DNA of 64,000 bases from the human T2T-CHM13v2.0 reference genome, Homo sapiens. The notes beneath the pieces are model-generated. The model did no database searches, was not told the origin of the DNA, and saw only the letters and a list, made by a program, of their open reading frames with translations. Shown here piece after piece: positions 1-13,733 of the stretch. Location: assembly GCF_009914755.1 (NCBI RefSeq), contig NC_060947.1; one strand, 5' to 3'. Numbering within the stretch: the first letter of the stretch is position 1; the number at the start of each line of letters is the position of its first letter. Made by a program: the position numbers and the translations under genes.

Positions 1-430
1 AAATTACAAGGTGAAATAAAGTGTTTTCAGAAAAATATATACAAACACTAAGAGAAATTGTTATCTTCAGAACTGTAATACTAGAAGGTATTTTTTTCAA
101 ACAGGAGAAAACTAATCACAGATAGAAAAATACTGTTTTTAATAGAAATTTAAAAGCACCAGTAAAAATTAATATCTCTATAAGTAGAAAAGATCATTGA
201 CTATTTAAAACAATAATACAAACATCTTATGGAGTTTAAAATACAGTTAAATTCTAAATACATGGCAACAATACCCAAAATGCAGAATAAGTAAATGATG
301 TTAAAGTGTTTTAAAGTCCTTACATTGTCTGGGAAGCAGTAAAGATACTATTTTAAAATAGGCATTAATAGGTCAAGGCATGTTTTGAATTCTAGGGTAA
401 ACACTAGAACAGTAGGAACATGTATACTTA
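1..430 (+). mobile_element. Old L1M fragment (ORF1 end/inter-ORF region)
   Basis: A-rich decayed sequence resembling the L1 ORF1 3' end (gtgaaataaagtgttttcag...actaagagaaattgtt); no intact ORF. Confidence 0.55.
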
Positions 431-443
431 AAGAAGAGGATGC

Positions 444-858
444 TGTGATGTGCCTCCCAGACACCATTCTTTTCAGGACTAAAACACTCATTTCCACAGC
501 TGATGGGATTCTTGATTGCTGACAGCTTCAGGAATTGCTTTCAGTGGACAGAAAACATCTCATTCAAGGTCATATGCACTTCCTTGGGGCAACCTGCATC
601 CAATGACTGTAAAATGAAGGGATACATAGGCCAGGATACTGTTGCCGCAATTTGAGACAAGTCTGTTGAGCCATCCCAGCTTCACAGCTTCTTGTGAAAT
701 TGACTGAAACCTTTTTATCACAATTCAACTTCCCTTATTGCCCTATCTAGCTTAATTCACATCTGCACAGTTGTGGATTATGGGGGCACATCTCAATAAA
801 ATTTCTGCATGCAAAGTTCCTTTTCGAATTTCTTTTCTGGGGAACCTAACCTATGACA
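444..858 (+). mobile_element. LTR16-family (ERVL) LTR
   Basis: TG...CA ends; LTR16-type motifs gggcaacctgcatccaatgactg and ctggggaacctaacctatgaca; AATAAA near 795. Confidence 0.7.
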
Positions 859-1735
859 CTTGGTGCGAGGAGTGGCTGGAGGAAGCAGACCATAAAATAT
901 ATATTTGCAGTTGGGTCACTCACTGGCCAGTAATCAATGTGAATCCCATCACTGGTAGTGAGAGGGTATAGGCCCCAGCATGTGGTAGTTTCATGGTGTA
1001 AGAGGATGCACTAGTAAATTGAGCTGTACACAGGGACTGGTAATTATATGGCTGTTACTAAAGCAATTGATGCCTTGAAGATAATGAAAGGCTGACTGTG
1101 TTTTTGGCTAATTTTGAAAATGAGTGAATTTCCCTTGTTGCATATCATGAGCTTCTCATCTCTTACAGACATTAGAAAGAAAAAAAAAAGCAAAGCAAAA
1201 GCTTACTTATAAAAATTATAATTGCAGAACTTTAGAGGACGTTGAATTCCCAGCAACAGTAGCAAGTCTGCTATGCTCAATTTGGAAACATGATTGGGAA
1301 GATTGGGACTTTGAGGGATTGGATGTGGGCATCAGGATTGATGCACTAGACAATCTTAAATCTCTATATTTTCTGAAACTTTGTGGACCTGCGATATTTG
1401 CTCCCTGTTCTCTGTTAAAGGCTAGAACTCTATTCTTGCCTTAACATGATGCAAAGTCCTCTGTCTTGCAAGACAATACACGCCGTCCTTTAAGATCTAG
1501 CCCCATTTCTCCTTCTGGTTACCAGATAATGAAGATTAAGTCATAACATAATCCTGTTAGGAAAGTCCCTGGTAAACTACAAGAGAAAAGGACATCAAGG
1601 AGCTGTAGCACCTAGGCAACATATACAAGAACTGGACTAGTACGTACGGGAGTACATGAGGTTGCTAGATCAAGAGGACTGGAACACAAGCTTGTGTAAG
1701 GGAAAGTAATTTGATATAACAGATCTCCACCATGA
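859..1735 (+). mobile_element. ERVL internal region (ERV3-16A3_I-like), decayed
   Basis: PBS-like ttggtgcgaggagtgg directly follows the LTR end, then decayed leader/gag-like sequence. Confidence 0.6.
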
Positions 1736-1769
1736 ACTATGAAATACATAACTTCATTGATTTATTGCA

Positions 1770-1965
1770 GGAATGCAGGATTAGTTTAACATTTAAATAT
1801 CAATGGCATTAATTTACCAAACTAACAAAGTGAAGGAGAAAAACATCATATAATCATGTCAATATCATTTACTAGCCTAAGCCCCCAAATTATGCAATAT
1901 ACCCATTTAACAACTGGCCCACGTACCCCTTTACTCTAAAATAAAATTAAATACAATAAACTTTT
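1770..1965 (+). mobile_element. L1 fragments (short ORF2 piece plus an L1P-type 3' terminus)
   Basis: gaatgcaggattagtttaacat (ORF2-like) and atgcaatatacccatttaacaac...ctaaaataaaa (L1 3' end). Confidence 0.55.
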
Positions 1966-2004
1966 TAATGTTAAAAAAATCAATGACTCAGTGATTTTAA
2001 ATGC

Positions 2005-2144
2005 TTTTAGTCAATCAAAATTATCAACTGATTCAAAAGGCAATCTCTCTGGAAATGCCCTAATACACAGGCCCAGAAATAATGTGTAACCAGCTACCTG
2101 GAAATTTCTTAGCCCAGTCAAGCTGACACATAAAATTAACCAAC
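2005..2144 (-). mobile_element. MLT2 (ERVL) LTR fragment
   Basis: gcccagtcaagctgacacataaaattaaccaaca matches the reverse complement of the MLT2 5' end TGTGATGGTTAATTTTATGTGTCAACTTGACTGGG. Confidence 0.7.
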
Positions 2145-2399
2145 AGTATGTTTTACAAGATAACCTTATAAAATTAATATAATAATATTATCATTTAAAA
2201 TGCTAACCTCAGCCTCAGAAATCACACTACTGTGGCAACAAGCAGATGGCCCATTGGTTATGGTTACAGATTGTTAGGTCTCAACAACTGCTTTTATAGC
2301 AAGAGATCTCCTTCCTCTTACCTAGTGAGAGAAAGATTCTCCAAAAATTTAACAATACTTGCTGGTTGAAGGAGAAATGTATACGTTGTGGACACAATT

Positions 2400-2680
2400 A
2401 CTGAAAAATAAAACACTCAAATTACCAAAGAAAGTATCAACAAAAAAATCTACAGCAATTGTGATGCTTAATGGTGAACTAGTGAAAAATTTCCTGTTGA
2501 AATCAGGAATGATACAAAGATATTTACTATCATAATATTTACTCAATGTTGTACTGGAGTTTCCAGCTACTGTAAGAAAGCAAGAAATTAAATAATAAGA
2601 GATATAAAGTTTGAAAAGAAAAAATAGAACTGTCATCATTCACAGACTATTGATATGTATGCTTCTATAAAAATAAATAA
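2400..2680 (+). mobile_element. L1M ORF2 (RT region) fragment
   Basis: atctacagcaattgtgatgcttaatggtgaa...aatcaggaa...caatgttgtactggag resembles the L1 RT segment PTANIILNGE...SGTRQG...NIVLE. Confidence 0.7.
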
Positions 2681-2973
2681 TCATTAGTGAATTGTGAATT
2701 ATGATTATGACAAAAATATTTTAAAAGTTCTTAGTAACATTTAGATCTTTGCAGAAACTACAGATGATTTTATAATTATTGAGTGATTACCTGAAAGTAA
2801 AAACAAATGCTGAAACTCTTAGTAAAATATCGCAATAATGTAGACAAAATACATATGCAAAGATTTCTCCAAAAATATGAAGTTGATTAAATATTGAACA
2901 ACATGTGCTTTACCTACCTCTCTTGTAGTTAACAGAATGTGCTTAATCACCACTTCATCTCCTCCCATACATT

Positions 2974-3019
2974 CACACACACACACACACACAAATACAT
3001 GCACACACACACACGCACA
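2974..3019. repeat. (CA)n microsatellite, interrupted
   Basis: Direct reading of the sequence. Confidence 0.9.
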
Positions 3020-4875
3020 ACTCCTTAGTTTTTTGCCTATGGAGAGCAGGAGCATTAACTACCCGTAGTTGAGGCAAGATGTAATACACAATTGCATATG
3101 TGAATGCAAATAAAATGCTAATCTTATTGATATTTATTGCCTTGTCAATAAATGCATATGTTTTCAAAAATTCAAAGTGTTGTAAAAATTTTTTATTAAG
3201 GTCATTATTTTTACTATTCCAGAGGACTCTTGGGATTTTTCCTTTTGACCTGTTAGTAAAGGTGCCTTTGACTTGCAAACGATTCTAACAGAACTAGACA
3301 TAGGGTTATTTTTTTGTCTTAGGCATGCTCATTTTCTCATTCAATTGCCATTTCTGCCTTGACCCCTTCCACTACTCCCTCTCATCAGCACTTTTTCTCC
3401 TGCTGGAGGCTCCTCATTTTCTTATTTACTGAGGATGCTCTTGTCAGGATATGGAAAAATGTGGTCTGAATATGTTTAATGGGCTTCCTTCCCTATCGAG
3501 ACATTTAATTAATTAATTTAAAAAGAATGTCTAATGTTGACATTTCAGAAAATGTAAAATAAGGGACTCTGATACTCCCGCAGGTTATACCACACGTGCC
3601 ACTGCTTGCTTTACTCATGTTTAGATCTAGCCTCCTGTGGTTACGAAGTGAGTCACATGCCTTTGAGGCCTTTAATTACTAGAAAAAGTGGAGCAGGTTG
3701 GGAGAGAATTGGAGAATGGAGCAACAATTTTAGCAGCTGCTGCTTCAGCTCATATCCGTAAGACCTGACAAAGTGGCATGGAAGCAGCAAGCAATCACGT
3801 AGTTTCATAGCCTTTGTCTCTTTCTCTCTCTGGGAACTGAGTATTGTTACCCCTTCTAGCAGCCATGGGACAAGAACTATACAAAGACTTACAGCTGTTT
3901 TTTTTTTTTTTTTCCTTTGGTGCCAAAGGCAGTGAACTGACAGAATGCTTTTCATTTTCTCTTGACAGCCAGCAAATGTTTTGGCTGGAAACCTTCCCTG
4001 AATGACAGAATACTGGGTTTGAAAGAAACATTTTCATGAAGTATGTGCCCCTGTGGGATGGATCTGGTTTGCACATTAAGACACTGCTGCCCTCACCCAT
4101 GAGCACTAGTTCATTCCTGCCTCCAAATACTCACTTTCCATCATAGAGACGTGTGGTCTGAATATTGGGGAACATAAATGTGTTTTCTCTACCCTTGAGT
4201 TATTATTCACTTTTTAGTATTGTTCCACCACTTGGTGTGGTACAAGCTAAGAAAACATAATTAAATACAAATCAACAAAGTAAAATAGCAAAATGAGGTG
4301 GAAAGGCCAGTTATTGCCTTATAATTTTTATAAAAAGTTGTCTATCATTTTGGTTCTATGATTCATTTTGTCTTCATACAGAATCTACAACACTCAGCAC
4401 AATTTTTATATTAAGCAAGAAGTTTTAGAAATTTAAAGTTAGTGATGTGACTCACAATAGCTACAGTTGGAGTAGTATAATTTAGTCTAAAGCAATATAG
4501 TTGCTTCTGTTGGAACTATCACTTAGCTCACAGTATGAGCAAGTTCATTGTTTTCTTTGATTTAGATTTCTAATTTGTCAAGTTACCGCAATTTTATTCT
4601 CAGAAATATAGTGTAGGTTGTCAACTGTCCATATAAAGGTTATCCGTAGTTCATTGTATCAAACAAAAACTGCCATTATCCTCATAATCTCATTAGGAAA
4701 ACTGACATTTGGTATAGTACAAGATTCTGTTACAATTTTTTGTTAATCAATTCTTAACAATTTATAAGAGCATTAAAATTTTGTTTTTGTTGTAGTGAAT
4801 TTTCAGCAAACTGAAGTAAAATAGTCATTAGTGGGTATTGGCTTAAAAGGCCCACTCATCAAAGCTTATGTGTTC

Positions 4876-7800
4876 TGTATTAGTCTGTTCTCACATTTCT
4901 ATAGAGAACTACCTGAGATTGGGTAATTTATAAAGAAAAGAGGTTTAATTGGCTTATAGTTCCACAGCCTATACAGGAAGCATGGCTGGGGAGGCCTCAG
5001 GAAACTTTTAATCATGGCAGAAGGTGAAGGGCAGAAGGCATGTCTTACATGGCCAGTGCAGGAGGAAGAGAGTAGAGGGGGAGGTGCTACAGACTTTTAA
5101 ATAACCAGATTGCGTAAGAACTCATTCACTATCATGCAAATAGCAAGGGGGAAATCCACCCCCATGGTGCAATAACATCACACCACACCTCTCCTCCAAC
5201 ATTGGGCGTTACAATTTGACATGAGATTTGTTCAGGGACACAAATTCAAACTGTATCATTTTGCTCCTGGCCCCTCCCAAATTTTATGTCCTTCTCACAT
5301 TGCAAAATACAATCCCTTCTCAACAGTCCTTCAAGTTTTAACTCATTTTAGCATTAACTCAAAAGTCCACAGCCCCAAGTCTCACATGAGACAAGGCAAG
5401 TCCCTTTCATCTATGAGCCTATAAAAAAAAAAAAAAAAAAGGCTTCAGGCCCCATGCAAATAGGAAACTCAGTAGGGCAGCCATTAAATCATAAAGCTCC
5501 TAAATAATCTTCTTTGACTCCATGTCTAACATCCAGTCCACACTGATACAAGAGGTGGGCTCCCAAGGCCTTGGGCAGCTCTGCCCCTGTGGCTTTGCAG
5601 GGCTCAGCTACCATGGCTGCCCTCAAGGACTGGCTTTGTGTGCCTGTGTCTTTTGCAGGCACATGGTGCAAGCTGTCAGTGGATCTACCATTCTGGGGTC
5701 TGGAGGATGGTGGTCCCTTCTCACAACTTCACTAGGCAGTGCCCCATGGGGACTCTGTGTGGGGGCTCCAACCCCACATTTCCACTCTGCCGTGCCCTAG
5801 TAGAGCTTCTACATGAGGGCTCCACATCCTGCAGCAGGCTTTTGCTTGGACATCCACACATTCCCATACATCATCTGAAATCCAGGCAGAGGTTCATAAG
5901 CCGCAGATCTTGCCCTGGGTGCATGCACAGGCTTAAGACCACGTGGAAGCCACCAAGGTTTACAGCTTACACTCTCTGGAACAATGGCCTGAGATGTACC
6001 TGGGGCCTTTTTAGGTACAGCTGGAGCAGGAGCAGCTAGGATGCAGGTGATGGCAGTGGCAGCACATCTGGAGCAGCTGCCGTCATGATGCCGGCTGCAG
6101 TGGGTGAGGCGCAGGCAGGGCCATGTGCTCCACAGAGACAGCTGGGGTCAGGAACAGGCAGGAGCCCTGCCCCCTTCTGAGTTGGGGGAGTGGGGGGATG
6201 TGGGGGAGGAGAGCCCTGCCCTCATGGGCACATCTGCAGCTGCCCCGCTGTGGCTGCAGACCTGGACATCCTTGTGCTCTTGGGGGCCTGAGAAGGCCCC
6301 CTGCCCCTGCAGGCTTAGAAGTGCCTACTTTTGCTGACTGGCCTCTCCCTGCTTTTGGCACCCACTCCAATTTTGGAGCAAAGTTGAGGCTGAACCCTGG
6401 CACTGTTGCAACCTGGCTGGGTGTGTGCATGCTTGGGGCAGAACTGACACAGCAGCCCCCTGCTGCCTCAGCCCCCTTCAGATTCTGGGTGCTGATAAGC
6501 ATGGGAGGCATACCAAGGGGTGGCTAAGGGTGGTTCAGCATGGGCATGCAGGCACCCCTTGGCATGAACTGCTTGGGCACCATGGATGGCAGATTGATGG
6601 TGGAGAAGGCAGGACAGGCTCCTAGGTGGAAAGGGGTGGGTCCCTGGTGAAACCCTACCCCCAAACCAGGGAATGTCTGAAGCCTGGGGGCTTGGCTGCC
6701 ACTTCGGCAGACTGGATTGAGAACTTATGGTGCGTTTTCCAGGTCTGCCCATGGCTACCCATGGACCAATCAGCACACACTTTCTCTCCTCTGAAACCCA
6801 TAAATACCCTGGACTCAGCCAGAGTTGGGTAGATGACAGGACGACCTGCCTGCAGATAGTAGATACCCAAACTGGGTCTCCTCTTTGATGAGGGCTGCAG
6901 ATATTGGGATGATCTGCCTGCAGAAAGGAGCTACCCACTGCAGGTTTCCTCTCTGCTGAGAGCTGGACACTGATTGGAATGACCTGCCTGCAGAAAGGAG
7001 CTACCCACTTTGGGTCTCCTGAGAACTGTTCTGCTGCTCAATGAAGCTCTGCTCTGCCTTGCTCACCCTCTAGTTGTCCACATACCTCATCCTTCCCAGA
7101 CATGGGACAAAACCTCAGGACCTGCTGAATGGCATGACCAAAAGAGCAGTAACACAAGCAGGGCTGAAACATGCCCCCCTGCTTGCCACATTGTGGGCAG
7201 TGAGAAGGAGGGAAGAGATATTGACCTTCAGGAAGCCCAGACCTAGGGGCTCCCTGAGCCAAGGCTGTGACATCCTCTTTGGGGTTCTGTGGTTCTTGAT
7301 GTCTCCAAGCTTCCAGGCACCACTGTGTTCTCCTCGTCCAGACATAGGTACCCACAGTGAAAGCCACATGCTGTACATCTGGTCCAGCTGCAAACTTGCA
7401 TGGAGCTGGCATCTGTGCCTGTGCCTGGAGCTGCCTGTCCCACCACAGCAGCCAGGATGCCTGGCTGTGCACAGTGGCTGGATCCCGCACTCACTTGCCC
7501 ACACACACCTCACTGCTCCACACCTGCCTTGCCCTTGGCAGATGTGGGATTCAGGTTAGGAGCGCAAGCCAAGCACAGCCTGCCAGGCTGAGTGGGCGGA
7601 ACAAACCCAGTGGGTACAAGCAATACTCAGACAGAAGATGCCACTAGCCACAGAGGTTTCCAGCTGGCAAAGAGACACCCCAAGGATCCTGTGACACAGT
7701 GTCTCAAGGTTGCACAGGGCAGCCTTGGGCCTGGCCCATGAAACCATTCTTCCCTCCAAGGCCTCTGGATCTGTGATGGGAGAGGCTGCTGCAAAGGTCT

Positions 7801-8867
7801 CTAAAATACCTTCAAGGCATTTTTCTCATTTTCTTGACTATTAATATTCAGCTCCTCTTTACATATGCAAATGTATGCAGCATGATTGAATTCCTCCCCT
7901 GAATGTGTTTTTTTTTTTCTACCACTTGGTCAGGCCTCAAATTTTACAAACTTTTATGTTCTGCTTCTGTTTAAATATAATTCCAGTTTTATGTATTTTT
8001 TTTTTGCTCTATGTTCTGCTTCCACTTAAATATAAGTTCCAGTTTTATGTTTTGTTTTGTTTTGTTTTTTGCTCATGAATGTGAGCATAGTTTAGCAGAA
8101 TCAGCCAGGACACTTTTTGAATGCTTTACTGCTTAGAATTTTTTTCTGCTAGATAACCTAAATAATCTCTCTCAAGTTCAAAGTTCCAAAGATCTTTACG
8201 GCAGGGGCACAATGCCACCAATATCTTTGCTAAAGAATAGCAAGAGTGAGCTTACTCCAGTTCCCTACAAGTTCCTTATCTCCATCTGAAACCACCTCAG
8301 CCTGGACTTCATTGTCCATATCACTATTAGCATTTTGGTCACAACAATTTATGGTTTTAGGAAGTTCCAAACTTTCCCTCATATTCTTGTCTTCTTCCTA
8401 GCCCTCCAAAGTGTTTCAGCATCTTCCCATTTCCCAGTTCCAAAGTTACTTCCACAGTTTCAGATATCTTTATAGCAATGCCCCACTCCTAGGTACCAAT
8501 TTTTGTATTAGTCCATTCTCGCATTGCTGTAAAGAACTACCCCTGAGATTGAGTAATTTATAAATAAAAGAGGTTTAATTGGCTCACAGTTCCACAGGCT
8601 GTATAGGAAGCATGGCTGAGGAGGCCTCATGGTGGATGGGGAAGCAAGCACGTTTTATATGACTGGAGCAGGAGGAAGAGAGAACAGGGGGAAGTGCTAC
8701 ACACTTCTAAACAACCAGATTTGTGAGAACTCACTTACTATTACCAGAACAGCAAGGGGGAAATCCTTCTCCATGATCCAATCACCTCCTACCAGGCTTA
8801 TGTTCCAACACTGGGGATTACAATTCAGCATGAGATTTCGATGGGGACACAATTTCAAACTATATTA
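4876..8867 (-). mobile_element. MSTA-type MaLR provirus (LTR 4876-5258, internal region, LTR 8504-8867) with nested MER52
   Basis: Two similar LTRs (tgtattagtc...caaactgtatca / caaactatatta) flank MST internal sequence; 5-bp TSD tgttc (4871-4875) / cgttc (8868-8872). Confidence 0.9.
6048..7696 (+). mobile_element. MER52 (MER52A-like) ERV1 solo LTR
   Basis: Starts tgatggcagtggcagcacatctggagc and ends caccccaaggatcctgtgaca; GC-rich 1.65 kb; internal repeats of gacctgcctgcagaaaggagctacccact at about 6840-7010; MST internal sequence resumes on both sides. Confidence 0.85.
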
Positions 8868-9124
8868 CGTTCCAATTCCAAAAAGAGAAGTAAAATAATG
8901 CCGGGGACAGGCAGATAAACTGCTCTAATTTGAGCCTTATAATCTCACTCTCCCATACACAAATTAGAGCTTCTCCCTTTTTCTTTTCTTCTTCTGCATG
9001 CAAAGAAAATTCAAACGTCCTTAGTTTTCTTATGCCACATTCAAATACTTGAGGAAAAAAAGATGATAGTGACATAACTGTCATTTGTATGAAACTTAAA
9101 GTTTGAAGACCTATTCTTGTACAT

Positions 9125-9250
9125 TGTATGTTTAATCCTTCCACAAAATACAAGAGTGATATAATTACTTCCCATTTATATAGAAAGAAACTGATGCTCA
9201 GAAAATCTATGTAATTGCCCAAAGCCACGTAATTAAGTAAATTGGATAAT
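9125..9250 (-). mobile_element. MIR fragment
   Basis: cccatttatatagaaagaaactgatgctcagaaaa...gtaattgcccaaagccac is the MIR core in antisense. Confidence 0.7.
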
Positions 9251-10729
9251 CAACGCATAAATACACCCTCTGTGTCTCTAGCCTTCTGTTTTATGTTAAC
9301 TACATTCACACAACAACTTTCAATGTCAGATAAGTCAGTATAGAACTTGATTTCATTTATTCTATTTTTCTTAATCCTTAGGGTCATTATCAGAAACAAA
9401 ACGATGGTCAGAATAAACTATGGGCCTGAAGCAGTATGCCAAGTTGTCTTTTTATTTCTTTTATGTATGAGGACAAGTGACACTAGTACCTAGGAAAAGA
9501 AGAAAAACAAGTTATTAAGAACTCTCTGTGCTTCAGTGTTAGTTGTGTCATTGCATAATTAATCATATATCTTATCCTGTATTCTCAGCTAAATATATAA
9601 TTTCAGAAATATATGGTCTAACTATAAATTTGACCTTATTCCAAGAATCCCAATTGTGATTGATAGAATGTTTCTCAGGATGGCTCAAGCCTTAAAACAG
9701 ATTGGTACCCATGATTGGCTGGTGCTTTCTTCATGTTAAAAATTATATGAAATCTAAGATTAGTGAGGAGTTTTGTATCTGAAACATTAATACTATTAAC
9801 TTTCAAAAATAATAATATTGTATTTAATGTCTATTAAATGTTACTAATTTTAACATTGAACTAAATTTTAGATTATCAAGTTGTCTTTTCAAATATACAA
9901 GAAACTCACCATTTTACAATGTACCATAATAACAAGGATCTATACTTTATATACAGAATGGAATATATTGTTATTTGTATATTTAAAAGTACAAGAAGGC
10001 ATATTAGTATTCATTTTGATAGGATTTCAAGTAGCACGTTAGTAACACAAAAGTTGCATCATTAATTAATGCCACTTAATAAGAATCAAAACTCATTTCC
10101 TTATCTACCTCAATAACATAGGAATTTTGCTTTCATTGATATTCAACTTTCTGCTTCCTTATCCAGCAGAGTTAAAATTAGACTTTTCTGACTAAGCATA
10201 ATCCTGGCTAAAAGAATTATTTGATTGCCTTATTCTATGCTTCAGACAAAATAAGGTTTACATGGAAAATAAACATTTATATAACTCAATATGCTATCAT
10301 TTCCCATTAAATTAATTAAGAGATTTAAAAAGACATTCTCACCACATAATTAGCTAGAAAATTTTTCTCATATCAAAAGTTGCAATAACAAGGTGAAATA
10401 ATTATTCATCCAAATGTCCTATTCCAAGAATATTAATATCTGACTAAAATATAAATATGATTCTATTGGAATTTTCTAAAACTCAGATATTCCAATGTAT
10501 CACTGCATTAAAACATCTTTTTTGTAGGAAAATAATGATTATGTTTTCCATTTTGTTTGTATAAAGTAAATAGCTAGTATCTTTGTTGAACTGTTTATTA
10601 CAACTTGGAGTAGAGGTCATAAATTCAAATGGTTTCTAGAACTCAGGCCATGTACAAAAAAATGGGTGAATCAGACCAGCATAAAAAATAGTGGATACTA
10701 AGAGGGATTGTGAGGATTGTGAAAAAAAA

Positions 10730-10923
10730 ATCTCAGCTCTGGCACATGTTATCTGTGAGAACATAAGTGAATTACAAAATCTCCTGAACCTCAGGTGTTT
10801 TTTTAAAAATTCAAATGTTAATAATAGTAACCTCTTTGAATAGTTACTGTGAAGATATAAATACAAAATGTATTTAGCAAGCCTAGCATCAGTGAAAGGC
10901 ATAAATAAGGAGCCCAATACATA
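10730..10923 (+). mobile_element. MIR fragment
   Basis: tcagctctggcac...tctcctgaacctcag...taataatagtaacctc...ctgtgaagat is the MIR core. Confidence 0.7.
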
Positions 10924-12374
10924 GTAGGACCATATGTCTAGGTTTGCCTGGAATGGTCTCTGTCTTTTTATTCTCAAAAGTATCCAGACTTAGAGATATA
11001 TGTATGTAGAATATTACTCAGTTATAATATTAATAATGCAATGTAAGGGGATATATGTTAGCTATTGCGCATTCCCCACTAATGCTGCCAAACATTTATT
11101 TCCCCCCCCTTTTTTGCTATCTGCATGATCTTCGAGACTCTAGGCAACAGTTTATCATTAATGAGGTGTTTGAGTCTCTATGAATAAGTCCATCAAATAC
11201 ATAACTCTGTCTGCAAATTTATCCAATATTTCTGCTTAGACGGGAAACAGAGAATATATTTCGAGTTCTCTCTTTGGAATCCTTGCCTATCCATCCAACT
11301 GCTTCAGGCTCTTTCTTTTAGTAATCCCAAGAAATCTAAGTCAAACTAAAATTTATGTTAGCAAATCAGAATCTTATGTTACCTTGAGTTACATATTCAT
11401 CCTTATGTCTTTCAGACCAGCAGTCTGAGACCAAACAAAGATCCAATGGAAGACATTTCTAAAAGATCTCCTATTCCCTTAGAAATACCCACATTACAAA
11501 AAAATGAGGATAAATAAATGGTCAATTGACAGTTTTATTTTAGACAACAAATATAAATCTGTATACAAATAAAATACAAATTAAACTATACACTACCCTA
11601 TTTAGAAGTCCTTTATGTGTATGCTGACCTAAGTTTGCTATGCATCCAAAATCAACACTTAAAATAGAACTTACATCTAATATTTATGTTTCAAAATTTT
11701 ATTTTTAATTTTTATTTTAGGTTTGGGGGTACTTGTGAATGTTGATAACCTAAATAAGCATGTGTCATGGGGGGTTGTTGCACACATTATTTCATCACCC
11801 AGATATTAAACTCAGTACCCAGTAGTTGTCTTTTCTGCTTCTCTCTCTCCTCCCACCCTCTCACCTCAAGAAGGCCCCAGTATCAGTTGTTTCCTTCTTT
11901 GGGTTCATAAGTTCTTATCATTTAGCTCCCACTTATAAGTGAGAACATGTGGTAATTGGTTTTCTGTTTCTGCATTAATATGCTAAGGATAATAGCCTCC
12001 AGCTCCATCCATGTTCCTGCAAAAGACATAATCTCATTCTTTTTTTGTGACTATATTATTTCATGATGTATATGTGCCACATTTTCTTTATCCAGTCGGT
12101 TATTGATGGGCTTTTAGGTTGAACCCATGTCTTTGTTATTGTAAGCAGTACTGCAATGAACATTTGTGTGAATGCATCTTTATGGTGGAAGGCTTTATAT
12201 TCCTTTGGGTACATACTCAGTAATGGAACTTCTAGGTTGAATGCTAGTTCTTTTAGCTCTTTGAGGAATCATCATACTGCTTTCCACAAATGTTGAACTC
12301 ATTTACACTCCCACTAACAGTGTATAAGTATTCCCTTTTTTTTGCAACCTTGCCAGCATCTATTATTTTTTGAC

Positions 12375-12684
12375 TTTTTTTTTCTTTTTTGAGTCTGAGT
12401 TTCTCTCTAGTAGCCCAAGCTGGAGCACAATGGCATGGTCTTGGTTCACTGCAACCTTCACCTCCTGGTTTCAAGTGATTCTCCTGCCTCAGCCTCCTGA
12501 ATAGCTGGGATTACAGGCATGCACCACCATGCCTGGCTAATTTTTTTTTTTTTTTTGTATTTTTAGTAGAGATGGGCTTTCACCATGTTGGCCAGTCTGG
12601 CCTCGAACTCCTGACCTCAGGTGATCTGCCCACCTCAGCCTCCCAAAGTGCTGAGATTACAGGCATGAGCCACTGTGCCTGGCC
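12375..12684 (-). mobile_element. AluS (Sq/Sp-like)
   Basis: Full dimer; TSD tattttttgacttttt / tatttttttacttttt. Confidence 0.92.
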
Positions 12685-12767
12685 TATTTTTTTACTTTTT
12701 AATAATAGCCATTCTGACTGGTATAAGGTGGTATATTATTGTGGTTTTTATTGCATTTCTGTAATGA

Positions 12768-13140
<373 letters not shown>

Positions 13141-13434
13141 CTTTGCACACTTTTTAGTGGGATTGTTTTCCTCTTGTAAATTTATGTTCCTTGTAGATTC
13201 TGGATATTAGACCTTTCTCAGATGCATAGTTTGCGACTATTTTCTTTTATTTCTGTGGGTTGTCTGTTTACTCTGTTGATAGTTTCTTTTTCTGTTTAAG
13301 TTTAATTAGATCCCATTTGTCAATTTTTGCTTTTGTTGCAATTGCTTTTGGTGTTTTTGTCATGAAATCTTTGCCTGTTACTATGTCCAGGATGGTATTG
13401 CCTATGTTATTTTCCAGGGTTTTTATAATTTTGG

Positions 13435-13733
13435 TTTTTTTTTTTTTTTGAGATGGAGTCTCTCTCTGTCACCCAGGCTGGAGTGCAGTGATGTGATATT
13501 GGCTCACTGCAACCTCCGCCTCCTCGGATCAAGTGTTTCTCCTGCCTCAGCCTCTCATTCAGCTGGGATTATAGGCACATGCCAGCATGCTGGCTAATTT
13601 TTGTATTTTTTTAGTAGAGATAGGGTTTCACCATGTTGGCCAGGCTGGTCTCGAACTCCTGACCTCAGGTGATCTGCCTGCCCCAGCCTCTCAAAGTGCC
13701 GGGTATTACAAGAATGAGCCACCATGCCCGGCC
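13435..13733 (-). mobile_element. AluSx-like
   Basis: Full dimer; TSD ataattttgg / ataattctgg. Confidence 0.92.

Noticed and set aside
5489-7759. Dense cluster of overlapping 60-160 aa ORFs
   Set aside because: All lie in GC-rich MER52 LTR or MST internal sequence where stops are rare; no recognisable domains.
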